A stretch of 58,406 bases of DNA, filler included, from Dirinaria sp. TL-2023a (Eukaryota): the NCBI GenBank assembly GCA_051941275.1. It is 2 parts of 2 records of this genome, joined end to end, with 100 filler letters (N's around TTAATTAATTAA, not from the genome) between each part and the next. Parts side by side here need not be neighbours in the genome. Positions count along the whole stretch, not along the records: positions 1 to 29,172 come from JAVEBF010000117.1; 1 more part is not named here. One strand, written 5' to 3'. Below are positions 1 to 11,851 of this stretch, one piece after another; the stretch's first letter is position 1; each line of letters begins with the position of its first letter. A program made the position numbers and the translations under genes. The notes beneath the pieces are model-generated. The model ran no database searches, was not told where the DNA came from, and saw only the letters and a program-made list of their open reading frames with translations.

Positions 1-405
1 GGGTTTTGCAGTCATGGCTTCCTTCCTTCCGTATCTCACGGCGACACTCTTTGCTAGCTAGCTTAGCAGTACAGTATAGATAGATATCTAGCGCCCACAT
101 ATGCGGATGCATTGCATGTATTGCAAGCATGAAGAAGCTGCTAGATACCGTACTCGTACGAGAGAGAGAGAGAAGGAACTCTTCCTCCTCCTCGTCGACA
201 AAAAACCGCGGCCGCTGCTGCTGCTGCTCATCCTCGTCGTCGACAAAGCGCGGCCGCGCCGCTCCAGCTACATACATTCAATGAAGCAGAAGTAAATAAA
301 TCTTTATTTACATTCCTTCCCTACTTCAACTACCCAGGTCCAGCCGACGCAGCACTCCTACTACTCCTACCACTACTACTGGTAGTATTGAGGATCCGTA
401 TAAAT

Positions 406-1509
406 CTATGCTTCAGATGCCGAGAAATGGTCTTTTGTCGGATGCCGATGTTCCATCATCATTCCACGATCCTGGCTACCACTGGCTTGATTAAGCAAAG
501 AGCGGTAAGCAGGCAAGCAGGAAAGAATAACAGCGACATTGGCCTCGAGGACGATCCACATGACGGCGTGCCGGTTGCGGCGGCTCCCGTCGCGGCTCTC
601 GTGCGCGCGCAGGATGTCGAGCGCGATGTCGACGAAGCCGAGGCAGAACATGCATACCATTGCTGTTCGCCGCGCGGTCGTGGTCGGTACGCGGAGACCC
701 GCGACCATCGAGAGTGGGAGGGACATGACTATAGTAGGTATGTTAGCTTTTTTTCTGTTTTTTTTTTTTTTTTTTTTTTTGGTTTCGTGCTCAAGAAGAA
801 GAAGAAGAAGAAGAAGAAGAAGAAGAAGAAGAAAAAGGTGAGAAATCCAGCATAAAGTAAGTCATACCTACCCAGTAAATCAGCCGCCGTGGTCAACGCG
901 CACTGGATCCAGATACAGATATTGTAGTCCCGTGCCCGCGCCACAAGGCTTTCCGCGCTTCTCAAATGCACCGCCAAGACCGTGCAGGCGATGGCAGGCC
1001 CAAAAACCAGCACCGAAACCACGACGGCGACCCACCAGAACCGCATGAACGTGCGGGACGACAGGCCGAAGATGGTGCGATAGAGGACGAGGATCGAAAA
1101 CCGGACGGCAGACAGGCACAGCAACGCCAATGTGTCGACGGTGATCCCGAACCTCAAATCGACGGCACTGATGGTGGCGAGGTGGTGGTGGTGCGTCTTA
1201 GGTTCAATCGTCGGTCTTGCTGCTGCGTCGTCGTCGCGCGCATATATCTTCACATATGCTACGGTCGACACCGAGACCAGCGCCGTGAGGAAGACGAGAG
1301 CAAGGCCGTGCAGAGCGTCATGGAGCTGGAAATTCCTCGTGACTGTCGTACGGATCAGATATCTGCCTGCAGATAATGCGATCGCAATGAGTGTGAAAGT
1401 CCAAGATACTGCCTACGTGGCATTGTGCTCGGAATCAGCACACGGCCGCTTCTTTGAAGTGTTGCATGGCTATGCTTACGATGAAAGCGGCAAAGGAAGT
1501 CGAGATCAT
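406..1509 (-). CDS. PTH11-like (rhodopsin-domain) integral membrane protein, no CFEM domain; 3 exons
   Basis: Manual splice: MISTSFAAFI | GTAAGC..TAG intron | AVSWTFTLIAIALSAGRYLIR..FQLHDALHG..RFSILVLYRTIF..TTAADLL | intron ~871-730 containing the repeats | MSLPL..WIVLEANVAVILSCLP. Motifs match the PTH11/SAT4-type 7-TM family. Confidence 0.8.
758..831 (+). repeat. Poly-T (23 nt) followed by (AAG)13 microsatellite, inside intron 2 of the PTH11-like gene
   Basis: T-run 758-780 and AAG x13 at 793-831, read directly. Confidence 0.95.
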
Positions 1510-3804
1510 TCCCGACAGAGGCGGGAATTGTTGAACAGCGAAAGGAGGTTTTGGAAGGATGAGCTTGGTTTAGTCTTGTTCAATGGCTATTTTACATTGT
1601 GTGCCAAGTAACTAGGAATGCAGAATACAAATCGAGAGAGAATGCAAGTAGTCGTGAGACAGTGAGGCAGAGTTAATTTTCATGCAAGAGCGATAGCGAG
1701 AGCTCGGAGAAAAGCCGTGCAGATTGTTGGGGTAGCACAGACGGGTTTGACGCAGGACGGATGCCTCGCATGCACAGCATAAGATAGTGCTATCTTACGC
1801 CAGTCAGCACTAAAGGCAGACAGAAGAGAGAATGCTACATTCAGGGTGGGACGTCGATGAAATGTGGCACTGTAAAGCGTAATCCCACGTACATGGGATT
1901 CAGCTGCTCCGCTAAGCGACAGGATGCCGAGGGGCGAGGATGCCTCGATGCTTATCCCGGATTCCGTAGGATCAAATGCTTACTTTACTTGAAGACAGTT
2001 ACGCAAAGGGTTCGAGAGCAGCCAATGACTGCTCTTCCCAGCACCAAACCAAGGAAGCGGCTGAGAAATCTCTCTTCAAGATGATTATTGATGAGAGCGC
2101 GGAATGGACAAGGCGGCCTTTCAGCCGGGATAGGAGAATGCTACATGTACCTACATTAGACGCCTTGACGCGGAGTAACACAGCAAAAGGGAAAGCATGT
2201 GCCTAAGTATGTACCGACGTCCACTACCGGTCGGCGACTCTAGTTTGTATCATTCTTGCTGATCATGAAGTACTCGTAATCTGTACTGACGCAATATCGA
2301 GCTGGGATCTTAAGCAAAGGACCCGATCGCCTACTTACGGACGTTGCCTTCGTATGCCCGTGGCAATGTAGAATGAGCGGACCGCGTGCATTGTTCATGG
2401 AGTATTCCAAGTGGGTTCAGAATCTGCACGACAAGAAAATGACGCCGTTCCCATTACGCGGGCTCGAGAACGGCCTTCCACTGACCGCTGGGTCTACAGT
2501 GTGCTACGAGGGGAGACTTGCACTTACCGCGTTGACAGAATGCGCTTTATAGAGACGAGAAAACATGCCCGCGTTGATGAAGCAGTGAAGTAATGCAGTA
2601 GTGGATCAGCGCTTACCGAGAAGGTGCCATTAGCGTCAGGTTATAGGACATCGACGTCGGCATGCTGATGTGTGGTTGAGCAGGCCGTGCAGTACTATAA
2701 TCGCAGTCGCGGTCGCCTATGCTATTGTTTACATCGGCTGCTTACTGCTCCGAAGTCGGGAGTCGACATTCTATTGATTGGCTCAAAAGGATATTTCGAC
2801 GCCCGTAGACAGAGGGTGTGTGATGATATGTAAAGTGATGAAAATTGTTCAGGTCCAGTCAGGGAAGGGCGTTCACGGTCAAAGTTGATCGGAAGACCTC
2901 ATCGCCCGCAGTGGCAAACTGCTCTCTGGGACCTTATCGATAGAGAATCGCTAGGCGTGCTGTAGATCGCGTTGCGAAGGACAAGGAGGAGAATCCGTGA
3001 AATTTTCTGGGTAACAGGCGAAATCCATGCCTAGGAGGCCTCAGCAATGAGAAGCCGCCGAAGGCTTATAACCAAAACTTACCCGCGTATTTCGTTCAGA
3101 TTACGAACAGGAAAGTTGAAATATATCTCGTGCATGTTTACCTTGTGTGTGTGCTGTTATGCGAGTTATTGAATGTACCGAACAAGATGCAAGAATTGTG
3201 AGTACTGGCGAATTGGGTCACTGTTGTACTTGACGTGCGGTGTTGGATAAATGGCGAGGACTACGGCAAGACGAATGGTTGATCACTGTGATTGGCGTAA
3301 GGCCTCAGCAGGTGCAAAACGAATCGTAGTTGTGCAGTGTCCGCCTCAACGGTCGTTACTTGAAATGAGAGCGAGCCAGGCGCAAGGTGAGGTGACTGTA
3401 TTACATGTCGGTGAAACTTGTGATGGCACGATGATTTATCGATCAAGTCCCTGACGCGCCATATGCCGATGAGAGTTCCAAATGAGCAAAGACGACCCAC
3501 ATTCAGCCGAGTGCTGACGAGTATTACCAGCTAGAACCGCATAAAACCGATCAAGTTGCTTTTGGCTGAACAGGCCGATAAGTCTTTGATAACACAGTAG
3601 ACAGGCTGTTGCGCAGCCACCCCGAAGAGAAACAGGAAAAAGGCAATGGTGAGCATGATAATTGCTAGAGGAGGAAAGCTGCTTGCTTAGGAGCGAAAGC
3701 CCCCATAGCAATCTTGAAGCAAGCCTGACGCGCTTGGTCGGAGCTAACGCAGGCGCATTATCTGGCAGAGCGCTCCGCACCTGAGGAGATTAGCGGACCG
3801 CAAT

Positions 3805-4908
3805 CTAACGACGAGAGTACCTATCGTCTGGGCGGTCATCGAGAACTCTACCTCCGTAGGGCTCACGAGCGTCACGAGGAGGCGCTGAATCTCCATAACC
3901 GCCGTGACTAGGACGCTCGCGATCATAGTAGCCTCCGCCGCGACGATCATCTCCACGGCTGCTGTAGCGGTCATCGCGGCCGCCAGAGGCGTATCGGTCG
4001 ATACCGCGCGATCCATAGTCATCCCGTCGACCGTAGGAGCGATGATCGCGGTCCTCATAACGAGAATGTCCACGGTAGCTGTCATCATAGCGTCCGCCGC
4101 CGCCGCCGCCGTAACCTCGGTACCCTCCGCCGTAGCCGCCACCACCACGACGATCGTCGTAGCGATCGTAGCGGCCGCCACGGCCACCACGGAAATCGTC
4201 TTCCATATGTTAGCCGGAAATCTTAAGGCAAAGATGGATTTGGCTGGCTTACCTCGCTTTGGTGGACCAAAGTATTTTCCTGGGGTCGGAGTCCTGGGAC
4301 GAGCTCTCCTAGCTTTCTCGATGCTAAGGGTGCGACCTTCAATAACTTCACCCTGAAGACCCTCCTTAGCAGCATCAGCTTGGTCAGCAGTGACCATCTT
4401 GACAAAGCCAAAACCACGAGATTCCTGAGTGTGCGGGTCCTTCATAATCGAGCAGCCCTCGACCTCGCCATACTTCTCGAACAGACGAGATACTTCCATT
4501 TCAGAAAGGCGAGGATGAATCCCAGTCACGAAGAGATTGGATCCAGGGTTGCGCGCAGCGGCATCCCGATCATCTCCGCCACGGCTGTCGCGCGGTGGAC
4601 CACTGGAGCTGGTCAGTTTAGGTGTCTGACACGAGTTGCTTCTCAGGACCTACCGAGAATCCATACGGCCATTTGGAGATGCACTCCGATCACGGCCCCC
4701 TTGATAACTGTCTTCGCGCTTGGGCTGGTAGTCATCGTCGCGCTTGGGCCTAGGAGAGGCACTCCTATCGCGGTCGTACGATGGATCGTCTAAGCATTTA
4801 AGATCAGCTTTGTTTCCCATCGCACATGCGACAATCACTGGGGAAACATGGAGACGTAGGCTTACCTCCGTAGCGACCGTTTTCAGTTTCGTAATCCATG
4901 GTGGCCAT
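3805..4908 (-). CDS. Single-RRM, RS/RGG-rich RNA-binding protein (Tra2/SR-like splicing factor); multi-exon
   Basis: RNP2 NLFVTGI and RNP1 RGFGFVKM; post-RRM motif SIEKARRARPRTPTPGKYFG is Tra2-like; RG/RD/Y-rich tail. GTAAG donors near 4865 and 4252. Start is 4908 or 4899. Confidence 0.85.
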
Positions 4909-5516
4909 TGCCTGAAAACTCGTCTCTGCTAGGTGGGAAGGAGTCGAGTGCAGCGGGGTGATAAGGCTGACAAGGAACGACCACGGTCGTCTCTACAAGT
5001 CTTGAAGAAGAACCTGTTTGACTTAGAGGGTATGGTGATGGTTGAGGTGATGAAATGAGGCTGAGGTGAGGTGTAAAGTGAGGTAAGGTACGATCGAGAT
5101 CAAATTTGTGCTTCGCGACTTCCCGTGAATGTTACGCTAACTATTTCCGGAAGATCACATGACATGAAAATCTTGGCATCTACCAGAGGCTCAGGAGGGA
5201 GGGAGGGAGGCTTCGACCGAAAAGTATGACAAGATCATGGACTAATACTTTATGTACTGTATGAATGTTTTCTGCAGATACAACGCAAGCTTATGACCTC
5301 GTGGTCAGAGCTTCTACGACCAAGGAAACCTTTACCGTGGCACTCGCCATTGCCCGCCCAGCTGCATTTTCATCCTTGTGATGAAATCAAATGGGTGCAC
5401 TCTGTCCTTTCCCATGCAAGTGATGCCTCCTTCCTCCACCTTTACCAATGTTCCTTGATCTTGCACCAGACGCCTATCCGAGAACCCAAAATGCAGCCAG
5501 GGATCCGCCATACACA

Positions 5517-8500
5517 TCAGCGATATCCGCGCCATCTTTTGCGCTTCGCTGCTGCCTTACGCCGGGCTGCAGCTATCTGTTCTGCATCAGCCGGATGTAG
5601 CGTATCATCGCCGCTCTCTCGAACGCCATCCGTTGGCTCAAGGTCAACCAGTCCTGAGAGCTCCTCATCTCCCATGTCGCTCAATTCCTCGCTCATACCT
5701 CGGACAAGCTCACGGCCAGTCCAACGCTCTTCCTGAATCGTAGTCCCATCCGGATCAAAAGTCTCCATGTACCATGGAAACCCGCCGTTGGAGAGCGGCT
5801 GAGGGTCACCTCCGGTGCTGATTGGAGGGGTTGGTGGCTCATGGACCTGGATACTGCCCGTGTCCTGACCAGCTCTAGCGTTGGCAGCTACTCCGTTGGC
5901 TAAGTGCTCTTGGGGGGTGACAGCGCTCATCGTTGGAGTTTCATTCGAGTGCTCTGGTGTCGGCTGATGATGTACGATTTCCGACTTCTGGTCTTCCCTG
6001 GATCCAGAAGCTGGGATTGTAACGTCGACGTCCATCGGCATAGGCGTCTCAGGGGAGATGCCCAGTGCATTGGAGGATGCAGCTTCGTGCCTATTCACTT
6101 CGCTATCGCCATTCAAGCGGGCAGAGTGCATCTGATCGTCACTAAGAAGCTGTTGTGCCGCAGCTTCAGTTTCGGTGATTTCCCCATGCAGGGCGCCACT
6201 CATTGAATCACGTCGAGAGGCGAGGCTGTTCTCCAGCAGCATGTCCAACTGCTGTAGCTCTTTTTCGAAAGGCTTCCTCAGCAGCTCACTCTCCTTACGT
6301 GTTGCGTCCTCAAGCGCTGGCTGCACGGCCTTTACAATGCGCTTTGCTAGTTTTCTTTTCTCCTTGTATTCAGAGGTAAGATCTTTTGAGGAAGCGCCCT
6401 CGTTCATCTGCGCTTGTACTTGAGCCGTGTCCGATACCATAGGCATACCAAGTACACTGCTAAACACAGCTCCAAAGTCGGCCGAGAAGGCTGAGACCGA
6501 CGTATAATAGCGGACAGCAAGCCTCTCTTGCAGCTGGGCAAACCCAGTTGAGAAGACACGTTTGATATCAAGTCTAGAACTAGTCAGCTACAGGATATGC
6601 ATCGTCAAAATCTGATTGGCTTACATTTGCGCCTTCTCCAGGATAGGCCAAAGAAGTGGAGCGATGGGAAAGTAAACCGTATTGGTGATGTCCTTAAGAA
6701 TATACGCGTCCTTAAGCTTCTCCTCTTCTCTTTTCCTAACGCTGTCACACATTGTTCTCAACTTGTCGACATCCTGTAGAAGTTGCTCCGCAAAATCAAT
6801 CCGACGCTGTAGGCGTACTCTACCAGCTGGTCCCATTCCCACAAAGTTGCGACGGGTGATCTCCATTGAAGAAAAGGTCTCCATTTGCAACTGTAGCCGC
6901 TTGAGAAGGGCTGCGCCACGGCGAGCTTCGCGTTTTAATGTCCAATACTTGCATGCTTCTGCAGCATATTCTTTGCGTTTCCGGATCGTAAATCGTTGGA
7001 GTGAGCTTTCTACTGAATTGTACAACGCCTGAGGGATCACAGGGGCACCAGACGGTAGCTTCCACACGATTTTTGGCGGCTGATTCCTTCTTCGTTTGTT
7101 GGCGTTCGCTAGGGAGGATTGCCCATTCTCGCTGTCTTCCACTGCGTCGAGTATTGGTGGGTCCTGAGAATGTGCCGCAGCCATGTTCAAAGCAGCTTGT
7201 TGACTGTCCGCCCATAGCCTTCCACGCATAGTGTAATGATAATATTCGATAGCGTCTGCAGTAGCAGCTTCAACGTCATTCTCTCTTCGCCAATCGGCTG
7301 GAACATGTTTGTCACAATAAGCTTTCAGAACGCTCGCATCCATACTCGCAGGGCCGCCGTGAGTGGATTTCATCTTTAAGAACAGCTTGGCCCTTCTTGC
7401 GCATGTTACGTGGAAGGCAACAAAACAATTTTTGTTACCGCACTGAATACAAGCACCCATCTTTTGACGGCAGATATAGCAATTTAATTTCCATCTCTGC
7501 TTGGGCACTTTCTCAACGTCCATGACAGGTTCCATGAATGTATTATTCCCTAAAGAGACTTCTGGTATCCAGATGGCACAGAGGAGATGAGACCACCGTG
7601 ACGCATTCGTTTGCTTGAATGCTCCATCGGTGTTGGGACAGAAGATGCACGTAGGTGTTCCTCGACCAATGAGCTGGCATTTTCGACATAGCCACTGACC
7701 TTCCGGGATGAAAGGAACACCATAACATTCCTGATGGACAGCGAGGTCGCACCCATCGCAGAATACAATGGCGTTGGTATTCTCGCAATCACCATCGTCA
7801 CAAATGGCGCATTTGCTGTCTTGTTCTTCCCCTGCTACAGCTGGCTCCCCATTTACGGCTGCTGCAGAGCTGGATCTTGGACGGTGCGTCTGGGGAGGCT
7901 TGGGATTGGGTTTTGGTATTCTTTTCTCCAAAGCGTGCCACTCCTTTTCTATCTTTGTCATCGTGACTTCGAAGACCGCGGGCTTGATAGGCTCAACCTG
8001 CTCGGCTTTTCTTTGTTGGTTGTGTACCTCAAGCCATTTCGTATCTTGCTCGTCCATATCGTATTCCACGCGTCCAACCCCGACGCCACCAATGGCGGCG
8101 TTGGCTTCGCCATCGCCTCTAGTAGCCGGGGCTACGTCAAGGTCCTCCTCAATCGTGCCATCGGTTACGCGGATCAGCACCTTTTCCGGACGAATATAGA
8201 TATCACTCTCCTGGTAGCCAACATTGGCCATTGTTCGGTCAACGTAGTTCAACTGTCCAACCCCCTTCTGTTCAAAAGCAACAAACGGATCGACGAGGCG
8301 AAATGAGGGTTTAGGTAGTGTGAGCCTTTCCCGAGGGTTTGGGCCGGGGAGTGGAACGAATTTAGGAACACTAGGAACATCTGGTGAGCCGATCCCCTTG
8401 AGCATGGAGTCCGTACGCCTCGGCGGACGTCCTGCACGTCTCCTTGGGGTCAATAACCCAACATCTATGCCTTCTGTTGACTCCTGCGCTTGATTCCCAA

Positions 8501-9017
8501 CAGCCCCATTCCCTTGCGACTCACGATGCTCTTGCGACCCAACTTCATCAATGACTGAAGTGTGCCCATTAACTATCATAGGACTTCCGTTGACATGTTG
8601 AGATATCGATGGGCTCGATGTGTGCTGTGTTAAGCCGTCCACTTCGTCCGCGTCAAATACTGGAAACTTGGCTTCGATGTCTAGATCTTGGTGGAATTCC
8701 TCCCAACCTCTTTCCTCCCTGGGCTTGAACCCGTCGCCTTGAACTACTGCAGCAGCAGCCGCAGCCGCAGAGCTGAATCTGGGTCTTGCAGGGGCTCTGT
8801 CCCTTCGACTTTCACGACGCGGGCGCTGGTACGGTACCGGCTGAACTCCGTTCGCCATGTTTTCTCGCCCTACCCTACCGCGCGGACCAACGTAGTTGTA
8901 ACCGCCTGGTCCTGTACCGCCCACGGGTACTTCTGTGCCGTCAGTGTCAACGTATCGCCCTCCTCCTCCTGGTCCTCCTGGAACGTATCGTCGTTTCTTC
9001 AGGGGCGGGCCGGCCAT
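5517..9017 (-). CDS. NTO1: NuA3 histone acetyltransferase complex subunit Nto1 (BRPF/JADE family: EPL1 region + PHD-Zn knuckle-PHD)
   Basis: VEYDMDEQD EPL motif; PHD CAICDDGDCENTNAIVFCDGCDLAVHQECYG; second PHD CYIC..GACIQC..FHVTCA; YWTLKREARRGAALLKRL. One intron (6624-6574) joins the 798-aa and 316-aa ORFs. Confidence 0.92.
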
Positions 9018-9526
9018 GCGTATGCGGGCTGCCGGGCTTCTTTGTTAAATAGTCCTATGGACTAACCTTGGTTGTGCGCTGAAGTGTCTGGTTTCTGGTG
9101 AAGACAAAGCTGCCATCAGCCGCAAGCAAGCTGGTGCGCATTGGAAGATGAGCTCTTCATCCTAATAGGGGCGCACATCTGGGAGGCGATCAAGTCAGAC
9201 TGTAATCACAGTATGTTCCCTCAGCTTGAGATATGTAAGCAAGTTGTAGCTCGACCTGAAGGATCAAGACAGGCGTTTCATTAGATTCAATATGAGGTGA
9301 AGCCAAGAAAGAGAGAGAGACAGAGATCGCGTCTGCACTGTGCAGGGATTGCGGATTCTCGGGCCGCCGCATCGCCGAGCCGCCGACGCCAGCGCGTTCT
9401 CGGTTGAGGACTTTGAGGTCCCTCGTACCACTCGCTAAGGCAAGGCTTAGTTGGCAAGCTCGCAAGCTTTCCATTTGAGCCTTTCAGGAAGCTCAAAGCT
9501 CCGACGGGGCACCCACGACATCAAGT

Positions 9527-10189
9527 ATGAGCGGTGCAAGAGATGATCAGTCAGTCGATACACTCCCCGTATCTTTTCCCTTTTTTATTCATACACTAAT
9601 GCGCGTTTTCAGATGGCGTCCTGCGCGTGGGAATCCAGCATCGCAAGGCCAGAACCGCCAGAGCAACCAACAGCAACGGCGCAACCAGTCCCGCGAAGCG
9701 GGGCAAGGTAGGTCTATAGCAGACTCCACAAATGCCCGAGCATGTGAAAGTCTTATTCTGGCCACAGGAAACGCCTGGCAGAGCAACGAGCGCGGTAACA
9801 AGGACGGTCCTCTCCAGGGTCTACCTCAAGAAAACCATATGCCGGTCCGAGGTTTCAATGCGCTCGAGATTCGAGATGCATTAAAGCATGGTCCGAGCCT
9901 TTGCCCCTGTTGTTCAAGCCTCGTTCTGACGCTGGGGATCAGCATACAACAGTACGGCCGGCGAAGACGCGAAAGCGATGAAGTATAAAGCCACGTTGGG
10001 GCAAGCCAATAGCGCGAAGACGGGAGGACCTTGGGGTTCCAAAGGTAAGGCGTCCTTACACCCTTGCACGCTCTACGAAATTGAAAATCAATAGCGAACA
10101 CTATGGGCAATGGGAAGGACTTCTTTTTAGAGCTGAGAAAACAAGTGTCCACGCTCCAGCAGCAAGGTACAGAGCGGGCAGGCGGCTGA
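9527..10189 (+). CDS. Small hypothetical protein (~135 aa, 5 exons), divergent from NTO1
   Basis: Four canonical GT..AG introns splice in frame: MSGARDDQ|WRPARGN..GQ|GNAW..HMPVRGFNALEIRDALKH|AYNST..GGPWGSK|ANTMGNGKDFFLELRKQVSTLQ..GG*. Confidence 0.75.
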
Positions 10190-11338
10190 AGCTGAGCACC
10201 AGTTGGAAAAGACCAGGTCTAGCATTTAAGGCGTTTGAGCGAATGCATACGATACCCTCAAGAAAACCAATAAAAAGCGGTGCGATGAAGGTCGCAAGGC
10301 CAGAAAGATTGATTTCCCCGATGCAGTGCAAACTACTCACAATGCTGAAATTCATACCCCATTAGGTGAACTGTGGTAATAGACCAAATTCGTTACCCAG
10401 AACAGTATCACCTATCGTCGTTGCGATACCCAATACCGTCCGCTAAGCCCGTGTACTGCGAACATTGCCCAGCTTCCACCGGTACCAAGGGTTCAAAACA
10501 CATCACACCCAGTCTGCATTCAGTGGCTGCCTGAGGGGTGGTATTAGCCTCTGGTTGCGAATAGTGCTCACAGGCATTACTGAGGATTTACTAGCGCATA
10601 CTTTGGCAACACTGAGACGACAGGGGCGCCGCGCTGGCCACCGTGCACTAGCGATCGCCCACGATGCTATCGAAAATTGTGCTCAAATACATGACCGAAG
10701 TTATACTCGCAGCCAAGAAAAACGGGCTCGCCAATGCAGCTCACCAGACTGAGAAGTACGAGGACAACAATTGAAAGCCTTCTTTCCAAAACCTTTCAAT
10801 ACATGAGTATGTGATCATTCGAAGGAGCGCCTGATTGGCTTGTCGCCCACCACTCGAATTGGAGTTCCAGAACTTGCCGTCACAGAACCGCCACTATCGC
10901 ACTTGAGCCTCATGTGGCCGCTGTACTCATCATTCTGGCTTTCCAAAGAATTGCGGGAAATGATTTCGCAGAGCAGTGAGTCTCGGATTCCCATGTAAAG
11001 ATGCAGATGAACCTGCCCGCCTTTGGTGAAAGGTATAGATACTTTATGCTGTGTAAAGCTGGGAGCGCCTGAGTTAGATAGGTGGGCTTCCCTTGACTTT
11101 CCAAACACTATGCGACGAGTATTCTCTCCCATTATTACCGCATGCTCTCAAAGCACCACATGAATAGCAAGACCGGCCATGACATGCCGCTTCCGCTTGC
11201 GCGAGGAATTTTTGTCGCGCATCCCACGGTCGGATAACAATTAGTCGAGTAATCCCACCCTTACCGAGAGATATTTAACCCACGCTACTTCCCTAATATT
11301 GCATGCCTTGGTTCATTATTTAGCAATGTCTGAACACG

Positions 11339-11851
11339 ATGCGACAATTCAGTATAACTTCAATACTGACCTGCGTATTCTTCCACTCCCAAATCTCAAT
11401 TTCAAGTATCATACCGGTCCAGCTTTTCAACCTAACGGATAGCAATATCACACTTCCCGGGCCCAATCCTCAACCGACAAACCCAATTTATGACATTACA
11501 TGTAAGAACGCCAGCCCAAGCCACGAGGCCGAAGTTTCCTTTGCACGCTGCTTCCCCCAGATCGGCGCCTTGATACAGCAACGCGATGCTAAAACCCTGA
11601 GATGGTTCGTCACAATGAGAGGGACAGATATACCAATCAGCGACGGAGCATGTCGCATGGCTTTGAGGCAGGCCTTGCCAGTGGGCCAACTCCATGCGTC
11701 CATCGCTGAGCTCACGACGAGCGTCTCAAGGATACTAGTAACTTGCGATGCGCAAGGGGAGGGCGGAGTAGAGAAATTGCACCCCGGGCCAGCTTATTTG
11801 GGCTGGTCGGTGGTAGTTGAAAGAGGAAGCAGGGCAGTGCAGGAGCAGTGA
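11339..11851 (+). CDS. Small secreted cysteine-containing protein (170 aa), effector-like
   Basis: Intronless ORF with a hydrophobic N-terminus (MRQFSITSILTCVFF..), N-glycosylation sequons NLT/NIT/NAS, 4 Cys in the mature part, and a C-terminal C..GG..W-x-V-V-V pattern. Confidence 0.7.
   Translation: MRQFSITSILTCVFFHSQISISSIIPVQLFNLTDSNITLPGPNPQPTNPIYDITCKNASPSHEAEVSFARCFPQIGALIQQRDAKTLRWFVTMRGTDIPISDGACRMALRQALPVGQLHASIAELTTSVSRILVTCDAQGEGGVEKLHPGPAYLGWSVVVERGSRAVQEQ

Noticed and set aside
388..855. ORFs with poly-Phe/Lys/Arg tracts
   Set aside because: They are translations of the intronic poly-T and (AAG)13 repeat, antisense to the PTH11-like gene.
1600..3700. Several minus-strand GTAAG donor-like sites, GTGATGA C-box-like motifs (2820, 2837) and short inverted repeats (~1780, ~1881)
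   Set aside because: No coherent exon chain could be built, no matching D box lies at a suitable distance, and the 7-8 bp stems are within chance.
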